In this document: positions 39,001-47,105 of the stretch, piece by piece | How positions within the stretch are numbered: position 1 is the first letter of the stretch | How the letters are laid out: the number at the start of each line of letters is the position of its first letter | Assembly: GCA_019322535.1 (NCBI GenBank) | Contig: JAHWIM010000062.1 | Location: 1-57,210, forward strand | Direction: 5' to 3' | Length of the DNA: 57,210 bases | Source: Candidatus Woesearchaeota archaeon | Lineage (GTDB): Archaea > Nanobdellota > Nanobdellia > Woesearchaeales > WJKL01 | The notes under the pieces: generated by a model | What the model saw: only the letters and a program-made list of their open reading frames with translations | Databases searched by the model: none | What the model was told of the DNA's origin: nothing | Position numbers and translations under genes: made by a program

Positions 39001-40304
39001 TTTTGAGCTTCTTCTAATTTAATTTTTGCTTTTGCAATTGCTATGTCATCTTTTGTTTTTGCTGTTTCTAAATCCTTTAAATTTTTTTGTGCTGTAGCAA
39101 CATTTTTTTGAGTAGGTGTGTAATCTTTCCATTTATCTGGAGGAATCTCTAAAGCCATGGCTACTGCAGCTTCTTCTTTAGAAATATCTAATTCTATAAA
39201 CCCCATATGTGTTTTAATCTCATCAGTAGTGGTTTTTGATGTTATACCTCTAGCTAATAATTCTTTTGCTGTTGCACCATCAGGAACACCAAGTCCTTTC
39301 CACATTTCTATTGCTTGAGGTGTATATCCTTCCCATGGGTCTGCTGCTGGAGCTGCTTCGGCTGCTTTACGACGGGCAATTTCTATTTTAGCAGCTTTTA
39401 TTTGTTCGGCTGTTCCTTTTACAACTAGTTCCTCTAATTGTTCTTTAGACATTTTTTCAATTTCAGTTGTTGGGGTTGCTGTTGCTGTGCCTGGGCTTGT
39501 TCCTGTGCCTGGAGGTACTGTTGGTGTTGTTGTTGGTGCTGAAATAGCTTGTTCCACCCTCGCAGAATCTGTTTCTACCCATTTCCCACTTGCTATATCA
39601 TATACTGAATGTTTAGACAGATCTGTTCTTCTAGCAAACAATAATCCATCAGACCCTATTCTATATTCCCAACCTGTTCCAATCTCACCATACTCTGCTG
39701 CTTGGTCTGGTGGAATAGTGACCCAATCATTTTCTCCTCCTTTATTTTTAACTTCTACATACAACAGCGATTTTTGTGGATTTTGAATATTTCCTTCTCT
39801 ATAATAATCGCCTCCTTCCCATTGATTAAATATTTGATCCCTTGTATATTCCTTATCGACAACATTATATAGAATTATAGGACCTATAGTTGGACCTGCA
39901 TCTTCATATCTAATTTTATCTGTTCTTGTCTCTCTATCTGGCTGGATAACATATACATCAGAATCATATTCTATTGTTGATATTGGAAAATCTTTAATAT
40001 CATTCCAACCTTCTCCTCTTCGTACAGTTGGATCATTTGAACCATCTGCAAACACATAAGTTACTCCTGAAGAAGAACCTGGTTCATTTGGAACAAAAAC
40101 AAATACTGAATCTGTCCCTCCATCATCTGTTTGAAGAATAAGTGAATTCTTTAATTGTTCATCAGTAACTCCTAATACTTTAATATTTTCAAATGATTTA
40201 TCTAATTCAAGATCCTCTAAATCAGTCAAAGCACTAACACTGCTTAATAAAATAACAAATAGAATCATCCAAATTTTTACAAATTTTGTATTTCTTAAAT
40301 TCAT
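36033..40304 (-). CDS. Secreted fibrous protein D (1423 aa): globular ends, T/P linker, long Ala/Lys/Glu coiled-coil stalk, acidic tail
   Basis: Signal peptide ...LLSSVSALTD. PTTTPTVPPGTGTSPGTATATPTT linker. A stretch of roughly 250 aa with heptad-like A/K/E-rich sequence (AAAAAKKAEEAAAAKKAEEEAAARAAA). C-terminal SSGGGGTGDEDDDITINDI. Confidence 0.88.
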   Translation of the reverse strand: MNLRNTKFVKIWMILFVILLSSVSALTDLEDLELDKSFENIKVLGVTDEQLKNSLILQTDDGGTDSVFVFVPNEPGSSSGVTYVFADGSNDPTVRRGEGWNDIKDFPISTIEYDSDVYVIQPDRETRTDKIRYEDAGPTIGPIILYNVVDKEYTRDQIFNQWEGGDYYREGNIQNPQKSLLYVEVKNKGGENDWVTIPPDQAAEYGEIGTGWEYRIGSDGLLFARRTDLSKHSVYDIASGKWVETDSARVEQAISAPTTTPTVPPGTGTSPGTATATPTTEIEKMSKEQLEELVVKGTAEQIKAAKIEIARRKAAEAAPAADPWEGYTPQAIEMWKGLGVPDGATAKELLARGITSKTTTDEIKTHMGFIELDISKEEAAVAMALEIPPDKWKDYTPTQKNVATAQKNLKDLETAKTKDDIAIAKAKIKLEEAQKVQEAEAAAAAAKKAEEAAAAKKAEEEAAARAAATETVQNLVKAKLISEELAKELTDPEAEVIQKAQTAVQTAKENLEKVEGETNIAALEADLKFEQSMLIAEEKLVNTPDVTEKDVEDRRKKVEDLKAKIKAEQEKVNTAKQSLASAQTAQAGVIDTFRLKKIDDYDEGIEAVLLKPERMDEVVQLYSKDTGTNIDKLREDIAAETNPTRKKILEDIKTQLQGIAVAETDGYVYKGEGLYVKKGQETGPTYAYNKDTKKWAQTTDPKTTTEAVGGAQGKMLEFYNKDHEDDQLTFKNGKFFDKNNYVVTLSRDGTTVTERKPLETLTTEKGTFTLQKDLQYDGIAVYADKDGKLYDSATQTLITGNIVKTTTTGSMIFKETTETKAGKRAKEVSKTSVSILTKDEEGKLEEREIIKDVTAEALRDIKAELARHKAEDIDEGTTSIKVGDQTFDAVTVDGKPIIGVREYDDEKNKINYEVVATNLITNPLDPEGEPTFGRVVTRGQDAKGAVISVGGQNREYVHWYIGKDGETHWLSSEIIEEYSKTLKAKGIIVKTELLDTTDSQLRPSAREGVGWKDATFKDWAIDPVTGQKYAFVSNYKDGRINSYAFIDPRVSDLLKSEDNPEGIIQLDSEGRIKNRDEILEKLQGEMGEMPGRPDYTYGAALEAEFPGDEKAQAEAWAKLSEYDRAVIRANEYEPTLTADERNQIQQIMDSGEADIVKTGKINDIISAASGRADEPEEILDEVESRARSEIRAVNFATMEKYLTEFQGLSYYSPHLFGEEETDAWKHAADQLFDNVVFGGTDYWASLICHHDFENDVGDESLYYVTPEGQIVELAHIEGERSSAITLPNGSIEYFYKITFFAKATYEDNEFNVYLTSDDYKDQEIYSENIELEGYASGDGEAFYGSGANAIVQYSTKEYLQACIRFKHGLQVGMAWRSGARKPKNELCNSIVEADDSYDNYLSSGSSGGGGTGDEDDDITINDI
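38905..38990 (-). repeat. Short imperfect tandem duplication (GCT-rich) encoding the AAAAKKAEE repeats of protein D
   Basis: tcttctgctttttttgctgctgctgc occurs twice back to back on the plus strand. Confidence 0.7.
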
Positions 40305-40305
40305 T

Positions 40306-40926
40306 TTATATTTCCAAATTAAATTCTATTTCTTTTGTATCTGTGTTGGTTAGATTAAATTGATCAATAACAGTTATTCTGTAAATGTAATCTCCTGGTT
40401 TTGATAATGCAGCTGTATTAACTCCACTTTCTACTGGTATTGTGTAAAGGTCTGAAGTTGTTACTGTTTTTGTTGTTGAAAAGCTGTTTACCTCAGTTAG
40501 TCCAGGCACCAATAATCCATCTGGATCAAATAATTGGTGAACTTCTCTAATCCTAATCCGAAGTTCACCAGCTACATCCTTAGGTGTTATATCTTTAATT
40601 TCATGATAAATTATAATATTCTCTCCTTTAGTATAAGTTGAATCTATTTTCTCAACATAATTATAATCTTCATCAACTGATGAAGCTAAAAGTAAGTCAG
40701 TTATTAATATTGGATATTTTTCTGAAATTTCAGCAGGTCCTCTAAACATAAAATAAGCTAATAAACCAATCACCAAAACTCCAACAATAACTGCAGCAAA
40801 TATAGCTACTTTCTTCATATCAAATGTTGATGTTGGTTTAAAGACAGGTGTTGGTTTTTCTTCTACAGGTTTTTCTACTTTTTCTTCAACTGGTTTTCCT
40901 GCTCCTGATTCTGGTTTTATTTGCAT
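40306..40926 (-). CDS. Single-pass membrane protein C2 with a ~130-aa ecto beta-domain (tandem paralog of C1)
   Basis: 206 aa with one TM (VAIFAAVIVGVLVIGLLAYFMF). The C-terminal block VHQLFDPDGLLVPGLTEVNSFSTTKTVT...GVNTAAL...YRITVIDQF matches C1. Confidence 0.85.
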   Translation of the reverse strand: MQIKPESGAGKPVEEKVEKPVEEKPTPVFKPTSTFDMKKVAIFAAVIVGVLVIGLLAYFMFRGPAEISEKYPILITDLLLASSVDEDYNYVEKIDSTYTKGENIIIYHEIKDITPKDVAGELRIRIREVHQLFDPDGLLVPGLTEVNSFSTTKTVTTSDLYTIPVESGVNTAALSKPGDYIYRITVIDQFNLTNTDTKEIEFNLEI

Positions 40927-40927
40927 T

Positions 40928-41608
40928 TTATTTTACAGTAAATTTAATTTCTCCCACATACTTGTTTGATGGTCTAAATTGATCAGTAACTGTTATCCTA
41001 TAAGTATAGGTTCCATGTTTTCTTAATGCAGCTGTATTGACTCCGCATTCTATTGGTATTGTGAAAACGTCTTGACCTGTTACTGTTCTTGTTGTTGAAA
41101 AGCTGTTTACTTTAGTGACTCCTGGTACTAATTTTCCATCTGGTTCAAATAGTTCATGGACTTCATCACAACCAATTTTATATTCTCCATTCATAACAAT
41201 TGGTATCATATCAACTACTACATGATGTAATGTAACAATTTCTCCTTTTTTGTAAACTGAACTTTTTCTTTCTCTGCATTTATTATAATCATCACTTACA
41301 TAACTTGCTAATACTAAATCCTTAATAGCAATTGTTTTATCTGGTTTTTCAGGAGGATCTTCAACTCTTTGTTCTAACCTTCTATAATGTGCTATATCTA
41401 ACAAAACTAATTCATCCATTGCTCTTTTTTTATTTTTTTCAGAAACAACTAACCTTTTTTCTAAATCTCCTTTTTCTTCAGATAATATTGCTGCTCTCTG
41501 AATCTGAGGCCTAACAACACCAAAATAATACCCTAAAAAAGATGTAACTGCAACAGCTGCAACTGTACAAGCTCCAATTACAAGGTATTTTATTTTTGTG
41601 CTTATCAT
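40928..41608 (-). CDS. Single-pass membrane protein C1 (tandem paralog of C2)
   Basis: 226 aa with an N-terminal TM. VHELFEPDGKLVPGVTKVNSFSTTRTVT...GVNTAAL...YRITVTDQF. Confidence 0.85.
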   Translation of the reverse strand: MISTKIKYLVIGACTVAAVAVTSFLGYYFGVVRPQIQRAAILSEEKGDLEKRLVVSEKNKKRAMDELVLLDIAHYRRLEQRVEDPPEKPDKTIAIKDLVLASYVSDDYNKCRERKSSVYKKGEIVTLHHVVVDMIPIVMNGEYKIGCDEVHELFEPDGKLVPGVTKVNSFSTTRTVTGQDVFTIPIECGVNTAALRKHGTYTYRITVTDQFRPSNKYVGEIKFTVK

Positions 41609-44600
41609 TCTTCTTCTACAGCAAGGGCTGTTTCCGCTTTTTTAGTGAAAAGTCCTTCGTCTTCTATTTTGAAGCAAGGATCGCTTGTTAATTCCCATGC
41701 ATCTTCTGCTGTTAATGCTTCTATATTAGCCATTATATCTCCTATTGCTGATAAAACTTTGATGAACATACAGAATTTATGTCCTCCAGGGAGTTCATGC
41801 CAGCATAGACTATAACATCCATAAGCAAGGCCCATTCCTATTAAAGCAAGTGGATCACTTAGTGCAGCCCGCCATAAACTAAGGACATAATTCCAAAATG
41901 CAAACAATGGAATAATATTAAATATAGCTCCCCAAAAATATTTGCACACCCTATAATCTTTTATTTCAGTGCATAGATTAGATGAAAATCCTGATTTGTA
42001 AGCATTAAATAAACAAGAGATATATTCACAATGTATTGCTCTATATTTATGTAAATTATAGACTATACCTGGAAGACAAAGTGTTGCCAGGCTTAATAAA
42101 AAATTATCTTTAACATTCATATAGCCCCCTGAAGTGCTTACTGCTCTGCTGTAATCTTCTGTTCCTTGGAATCCACCTAAAGCTGATTTTCCAAGATATG
42201 TAGGAGCATTTCTGTTTATCCAAGCAGCTCCACCACCTCCACCACCAGCAGCATTCCAATATTCTAAACCTTTTACTGTTTTTCCTTCTGGAAGTGGTGC
42301 GTGTTTGCAGTTAATAAATGCGCAATATTTGTCAGCATATTTACCAAATTTATCAGCAGCTGCTTTTGCTCCTTCTTCTGTAGTACAGGCTGTTCTTCTT
42401 CCTGCTTTAAGAGGTTCGCTTGCTTGAGGAACTGCTTTTGTTGCTAATTCTGCATCGCCAAAAATATTTTTAATCAGATCCCAAACCATTACTATTTGCC
42501 TGTAGGTGTAATACATCTTGCAAAGCATATCACTCCATTCAAAGATTCTTTGAAGCCAGCCAATTACTTGCCAGAAACCATTATCAATCCATTCATCATA
42601 CAGATCATCTATTTTATCTCTCTGGTTCTCAGTTACTTCTCCGATAGGAGCATCATACATACTAACAACAAGATCTATTGTCTCTTTCTCATAATTCATC
42701 AAAAATTTTTTTCTATAAGTAGAAAGCAAGTTGAAAGTGCAGTTTATAGTTAGATTTTCTAGTTTTGCTGCATCAAATGGTTTTAAATGAGTACCAATAA
42801 AGAATTCTTTACTTCCTCTTTCATTATTAAAGATAAAAAGATCATTTAAATAACCAATATCACCGCTGCAGTCTGCTAAGTCTACTGAAACTAATTGAGC
42901 ACCAGTTGATGTTCTTAATTTAAGATGGAAATACATCTGATGGTTGATTAAAGCTGTTGTGGATCTGTCAAGAGCTAATGGCATTGTACTAACTAAACTT
43001 CCTCTCCAATAATCTGGATTTTCTTCATAGCTTTTTGCAAAAACCTCAAACACCTGTTTAACTGTTTGATTATTTCCAGAAGAGTCAACAAAAGTAAAAG
43101 CAACATCTTCTCTTAGATAACCAGAACCAATAGGACCAACTGCCCATGTGCAGTTCCAATTTGTATTGTCTATTGTTGTGCAACTGCCTGGTGTTTCTTC
43201 ATAACCAAATGAACCCATTATTCTTGAGAAATCAGCAAATGCCTTAATTTCACTCTGGTCTTGAACTTGTACACTTACTACCATGTCATCTCCTGAAGAC
43301 AGTACTTTTGTTGGAATTTCTGTAATAGGTGTTATGTCTGCATAGTATTTTCTTCCTCGCGGCACTGTTTCATATCCTGTTACTGCAAGGATTTGCTCTT
43401 CTGAAAGTTCTTGCGCTTCTGGTGCTTTTCTGTCAATATATACTGAACCTTGTTTAACTCCTGTTGCTTCATTTCCAGCATCATCATACATTTTTATTAT
43501 GTAGAAATTCCCTCTTGTGCTGTGGGTTTTGCTGCTTTTAACATCATTCCATATACATTCCCAATTTGCACCAATTTTTTCACATCTATTTGCCTGGAAA
43601 TATTGGCCTGCATATGCCGCATCAACTTCTGACAAATCAATTAATGCTTGTCTTCCTTCCATGCCTGCTCCTGCATCTAAAATTGTTGCAACAATATCTT
43701 TTGGCATATCTCCAAGATAGCTTATAGCATTCCACGGATTTCTTGTTGCAACAGAAAGTATTTCTGGAGCTGTTGTGTCAACTGTAAATGATACAACAAC
43801 AGTTGCTTCTTGCACATTTCCAAAATCATCTCTTGCTGTGATTTTTATGTTATAGGTTCCTGTTGCCATTGCAAACTGCAGAGCTGGCCAAGTACAAGTA
43901 TATTCAACACCAGTTCTTGTACAAACAACAGCTGGAACAGATTCACCTTCTCCGAATTGTGAAAAGTCAGCAAAAATATTCTTAGCTTGAAGGCCTGTAT
44001 CTTCTAAGACTTTAATCTGGGCATTCACTGCAAAAGTACCTTCAGGAATATATTGCTGAAGCTGGACTCCTTGACTTATCATTTTAAATGAGTCTGTTTG
44101 TATTGCTGGAGGTGATACATCAAGTTCAAATCGAGGACTTGATCGTGAAGTAAGATGATCCATTTTATCATATGCTTTTATAATGAGATTTCCTGTGGTT
44201 GGAAGTGGAACAATTGTTGTAGTTGAATAGATACAGCCAGGAGCTGTGATATTTTGTTCATATAACATAACACTATTATCCCAGAATTCAACCCTTCTTA
44301 AACCAGAGCAGACAGAAAAATCATCTTCTTTCCATGCTCTGTCTTTCAAAGTATATGCAACAGAAACTATTGATCCATTTTGCGCTGGAAGCCTGTCAAA
44401 TTCAATAACAGGAGCAAGATTATCTAAAGTCATATTAATATTTTCAGACTGCAATAAGGTATTATCGTCTGAAAACAAAGAAACTGTTGATGGATAAGTA
44501 CCTCCTGCTAAGCTATAATATGCTGATTCAAAATTGCATGTATAACTTCCTGGTGTTATTTCTGTACAGTCTTGCATAGGAAAATCATTAACTTTAATTT

Positions 44601-44811
44601 GGTCTGGTGTTATTTCTGAATCACCATCTACAGAAGCAAGTGTTTCTAATGACCAACTGTCATAGCTGTCAAAAAAACCATTAATTCCTGCGTCACCACT
44701 ATGCTTTGTAACTGTTAATTGTGTCTGGGCAAATGCATTTGAAATATAGAAAGGCAAAGTTAGGATTATAATAATCATAAACATGGATTTTGCGTATAAG
44801 CTTTTTTTCAT
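41605..44811 (-). CDS. Giant secreted protein B1 (1068 aa): Ig-like repeats plus a Cys-rich hydrophobic C-terminal region; distant paralog of B2
   Basis: Signal peptide ...YISNAFAQT. Repeated D-x-x-x-P domain boundaries (DNLAPV, DVSPPA, DTTAPE, DRKAPE). The C-terminal motif CLPGIVYNL...CTEIKDYRVCKYFWGAI parallels CVPQIRNRL...CKEVFTQYICKWIYRGI in B2. Confidence 0.9.
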   Translation of the reverse strand: MKKSLYAKSMFMIIIILTLPFYISNAFAQTQLTVTKHSGDAGINGFFDSYDSWSLETLASVDGDSEITPDQIKVNDFPMQDCTEITPGSYTCNFESAYYSLAGGTYPSTVSLFSDDNTLLQSENINMTLDNLAPVIEFDRLPAQNGSIVSVAYTLKDRAWKEDDFSVCSGLRRVEFWDNSVMLYEQNITAPGCIYSTTTIVPLPTTGNLIIKAYDKMDHLTSRSSPRFELDVSPPAIQTDSFKMISQGVQLQQYIPEGTFAVNAQIKVLEDTGLQAKNIFADFSQFGEGESVPAVVCTRTGVEYTCTWPALQFAMATGTYNIKITARDDFGNVQEATVVVSFTVDTTAPEILSVATRNPWNAISYLGDMPKDIVATILDAGAGMEGRQALIDLSEVDAAYAGQYFQANRCEKIGANWECIWNDVKSSKTHSTRGNFYIIKMYDDAGNEATGVKQGSVYIDRKAPEAQELSEEQILAVTGYETVPRGRKYYADITPITEIPTKVLSSGDDMVVSVQVQDQSEIKAFADFSRIMGSFGYEETPGSCTTIDNTNWNCTWAVGPIGSGYLREDVAFTFVDSSGNNQTVKQVFEVFAKSYEENPDYWRGSLVSTMPLALDRSTTALINHQMYFHLKLRTSTGAQLVSVDLADCSGDIGYLNDLFIFNNERGSKEFFIGTHLKPFDAAKLENLTINCTFNLLSTYRKKFLMNYEKETIDLVVSMYDAPIGEVTENQRDKIDDLYDEWIDNGFWQVIGWLQRIFEWSDMLCKMYYTYRQIVMVWDLIKNIFGDAELATKAVPQASEPLKAGRRTACTTEEGAKAAADKFGKYADKYCAFINCKHAPLPEGKTVKGLEYWNAAGGGGGGAAWINRNAPTYLGKSALGGFQGTEDYSRAVSTSGGYMNVKDNFLLSLATLCLPGIVYNLHKYRAIHCEYISCLFNAYKSGFSSNLCTEIKDYRVCKYFWGAIFNIIPLFAFWNYVLSLWRAALSDPLALIGMGLAYGCYSLCWHELPGGHKFCMFIKVLSAIGDIMANIEALTAEDAWELTSDPCFKIEDEGLFTKKAETALAVEEE

Positions 44812-46955
44812 TTTGCTGCTATATATCTTGGTTCTAATTTTGGTCTGAATTGAGATGAAAGTTTTTCTAATATATTTTGGTTAAAAATATGCTCTATTTT
44901 TTCAGGAAGAGGTGTGTCTACAATGAAGAATGTTAAATTATTATCTTTGTATAAATTATTAGGAGAGATTATCAGATATCCTGTTTGATTATTAAAAATT
45001 GCTCCTCCTTTAAAATAATCATCATCAAATTTTACTTCTGGAATTGTATATTCTTCTTCAAAAGGCCATGAACCTTCTTCTCTTTTATCTTCTGGTATTA
45101 TAACAGGTTGATGATAGAACATGCTCATCTCTACTTCATATGTTCCTGGAACTAGTCTTAAACTAGATGTTGTATTTGTTACTTTTGCTATAGCTGTGAA
45201 TGGATCTTCTCCAACAAAATCATTTTGTCTTGATAATGACAAGACAACTTCCTCATCTGCACCAAGAGGAACAGCTTGTGTTGTAGGTTTTCCACCATCT
45301 TGCACTTTCTCTGTAGATAAAGAAGAAGTTAGATATTTCAAAACTCTAACCTCTTTGTCAATATAAGGATATACTCTTACTGTTGGAAATTCAATTGTAT
45401 CATTAAAGTCTACTGATAAATATAAAGTAGGCATATAGTAGTCAATATGATCTAAAACTAATAAACCACCAAAACAGAGAGGAAATCTTGAAATTAATGT
45501 TCCATTTTCATCAGTAGCTCCTATCTGGCAGCCTTGATCACCGCACTGAAATCCTACAGAAACTCCTTGTATTGGCTCATCTGTGGATTCATCAACTACT
45601 TTGATTGTTACATTTCCACTATTTCTTTGATTTTCATTGCATAAAAGAGATGATTGAAATTCTGGAACTGGCTCAAATCCCTGAAAGCTTTCATCTATAA
45701 ATTCATTATTTCTAAAGTTAGATTCTAGAGCAAATCTAAATGTATATCCTTCTTCTCTAAGAGCAGCTGGGTCTCTAATTTCAACAACAACAGGGTAGCT
45801 TAAGTCATAAACATTATTATACTTTGTTGAACCTAATGAAAATAATTCTGCAAGATCATTGAGCAAAGATTGTCCTTTTATTATTTCTCCTTTGCTATTT
45901 ATGTCAAAATATATCGGCCACCAAGCTAGATAATTGAATGTAACTGCTAGATCAGAATAAGGCTGTGAGTCTCTGCTTAAATTTATAGGAAGCTCAACTG
46001 ATTCATAAAGTGCTGCTTGTAGTGGATCTGGAAAATTTCTTTTTACAAAATTCAGAGTATCATAAACTTGAAAAGCAGGAACATATATCATTAATATTTC
46101 TTCAATTTTTTCTTTAACTTTTGTTCTTAACCATATGACACTTGGATCTGTGCCAAATTCTGTATGTGAGAATGGAGGCAGTCTGTTTGGATCAAGACCT
46201 GAATAAGCATCTATTAAATCAAGAGCTTGTTTTTCAAAAACTTTGTATTCTATCTGAATGTTTGTTATACCTGTTGCTAAATCATAAATTCTTCTCATAT
46301 TTACAGGAATAGAACCATAAAAATTATCTACTCTGTGAGTTTTGTCTGCTAATTCAACTTTGAGTGGATAATTTAAGAACAAAGCAACATTAGATGATGT
46401 TACTCTTGTTATAGATTTAAATTCACCAGTAGGTGTTATTTCATAGCCTTGTACTTTAAATGCATTATAGTTGTTTAAACAAGAACCTATTTCTTCTTCA
46501 ATATATCTGTCAACTTGAGCTTCGATTGAACGATCACCTGGGGTAATTCTGTATAAAGGAGGTCTTAAGGAACTAAACAAACAATTTCCTCTGCAGTCAT
46601 TTGGTGCTTTTAAATACCACCAATATGGAACATAAAGTCCTGAGTTTGGTGCAAATTCTAAAGCGTCTGCTTCTGTTGGATTTTGAGATGAAACAGAGAT
46701 TCCAAAATCTTCAAAATAAATATAACCTCCTCCTTCTCCTAATAGTTTAAGTCCTTCTGTGCCAACTTTTTCAAGACATTCTTGCGTAAATTGTCTTATT
46801 GGCTCAAATTCAATAGGAATACTTACAACAGCAGGAATTTCTTCTATTATTGCTCTCTTAACAACCCTTGATCTTATGAAAAAAAAGGTAAATACTGCAA
46901 ATAAAATTATTACTCCTAAGATTATGAAAAGCGTTATTTGTCCCCTTTTTTTCAA
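44808..46955 (-). CDS. Large protein A1 (715 aa) with a class III (type IV pilin-like) signal peptide; first gene of the operon
   Basis: TTG start at 46955 with a GAGGGG SD 7 nt upstream. N-terminus (M)KKRGQITLFIILGVIILFAVFTFFF. Paralogous blocks shared with A2. A CarboxypepD_reg-like segment (VTIKVVDESTDEPIQGVSV...TDENGTL). Confidence 0.88.
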   Translation of the reverse strand: MKKRGQITLFIILGVIILFAVFTFFFIRSRVVKRAIIEEIPAVVSIPIEFEPIRQFTQECLEKVGTEGLKLLGEGGGYIYFEDFGISVSSQNPTEADALEFAPNSGLYVPYWWYLKAPNDCRGNCLFSSLRPPLYRITPGDRSIEAQVDRYIEEEIGSCLNNYNAFKVQGYEITPTGEFKSITRVTSSNVALFLNYPLKVELADKTHRVDNFYGSIPVNMRRIYDLATGITNIQIEYKVFEKQALDLIDAYSGLDPNRLPPFSHTEFGTDPSVIWLRTKVKEKIEEILMIYVPAFQVYDTLNFVKRNFPDPLQAALYESVELPINLSRDSQPYSDLAVTFNYLAWWPIYFDINSKGEIIKGQSLLNDLAELFSLGSTKYNNVYDLSYPVVVEIRDPAALREEGYTFRFALESNFRNNEFIDESFQGFEPVPEFQSSLLCNENQRNSGNVTIKVVDESTDEPIQGVSVGFQCGDQGCQIGATDENGTLISRFPLCFGGLLVLDHIDYYMPTLYLSVDFNDTIEFPTVRVYPYIDKEVRVLKYLTSSLSTEKVQDGGKPTTQAVPLGADEEVVLSLSRQNDFVGEDPFTAIAKVTNTTSSLRLVPGTYEVEMSMFYHQPVIIPEDKREEGSWPFEEEYTIPEVKFDDDYFKGGAIFNNQTGYLIISPNNLYKDNNLTFFIVDTPLPEKIEHIFNQNILEKLSSQFRPKLEPRYIAAK

Positions 46956-47025
46956 TATATTCCCCTCGACACTGTATTATCCTAATTTATAAACCCAATA
47001 TATAAAAAGCTTTTGGTAAGACGCC

Positions 47026-47047
47026 CTCTAAACTGGAATTTTTAGAG
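47026..47047. promoter_or_regulatory. Inverted repeat CTCTAAA-n8-TTTAGAG in the divergent control region of the operon
   Basis: Perfect 7-bp arms located between the minus-strand TATA-like boxes (about 46989-47007) and the plus-strand TATA box at 47098. Confidence 0.3.
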
Positions 47048-47097
47048 TTTCAGGGCTTTAAGGCCTATTTTCATTTCTTGAAAATGATAGGAAAACC

Positions 47098-47105
47098 TTT
47101 TAAAC
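47098..47105 (+). promoter_or_regulatory. TATA box (TTTTAAAC) for 47128..48255
   Basis: 23 nt from 47105 to the ATG at 47128. Confidence 0.45.
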
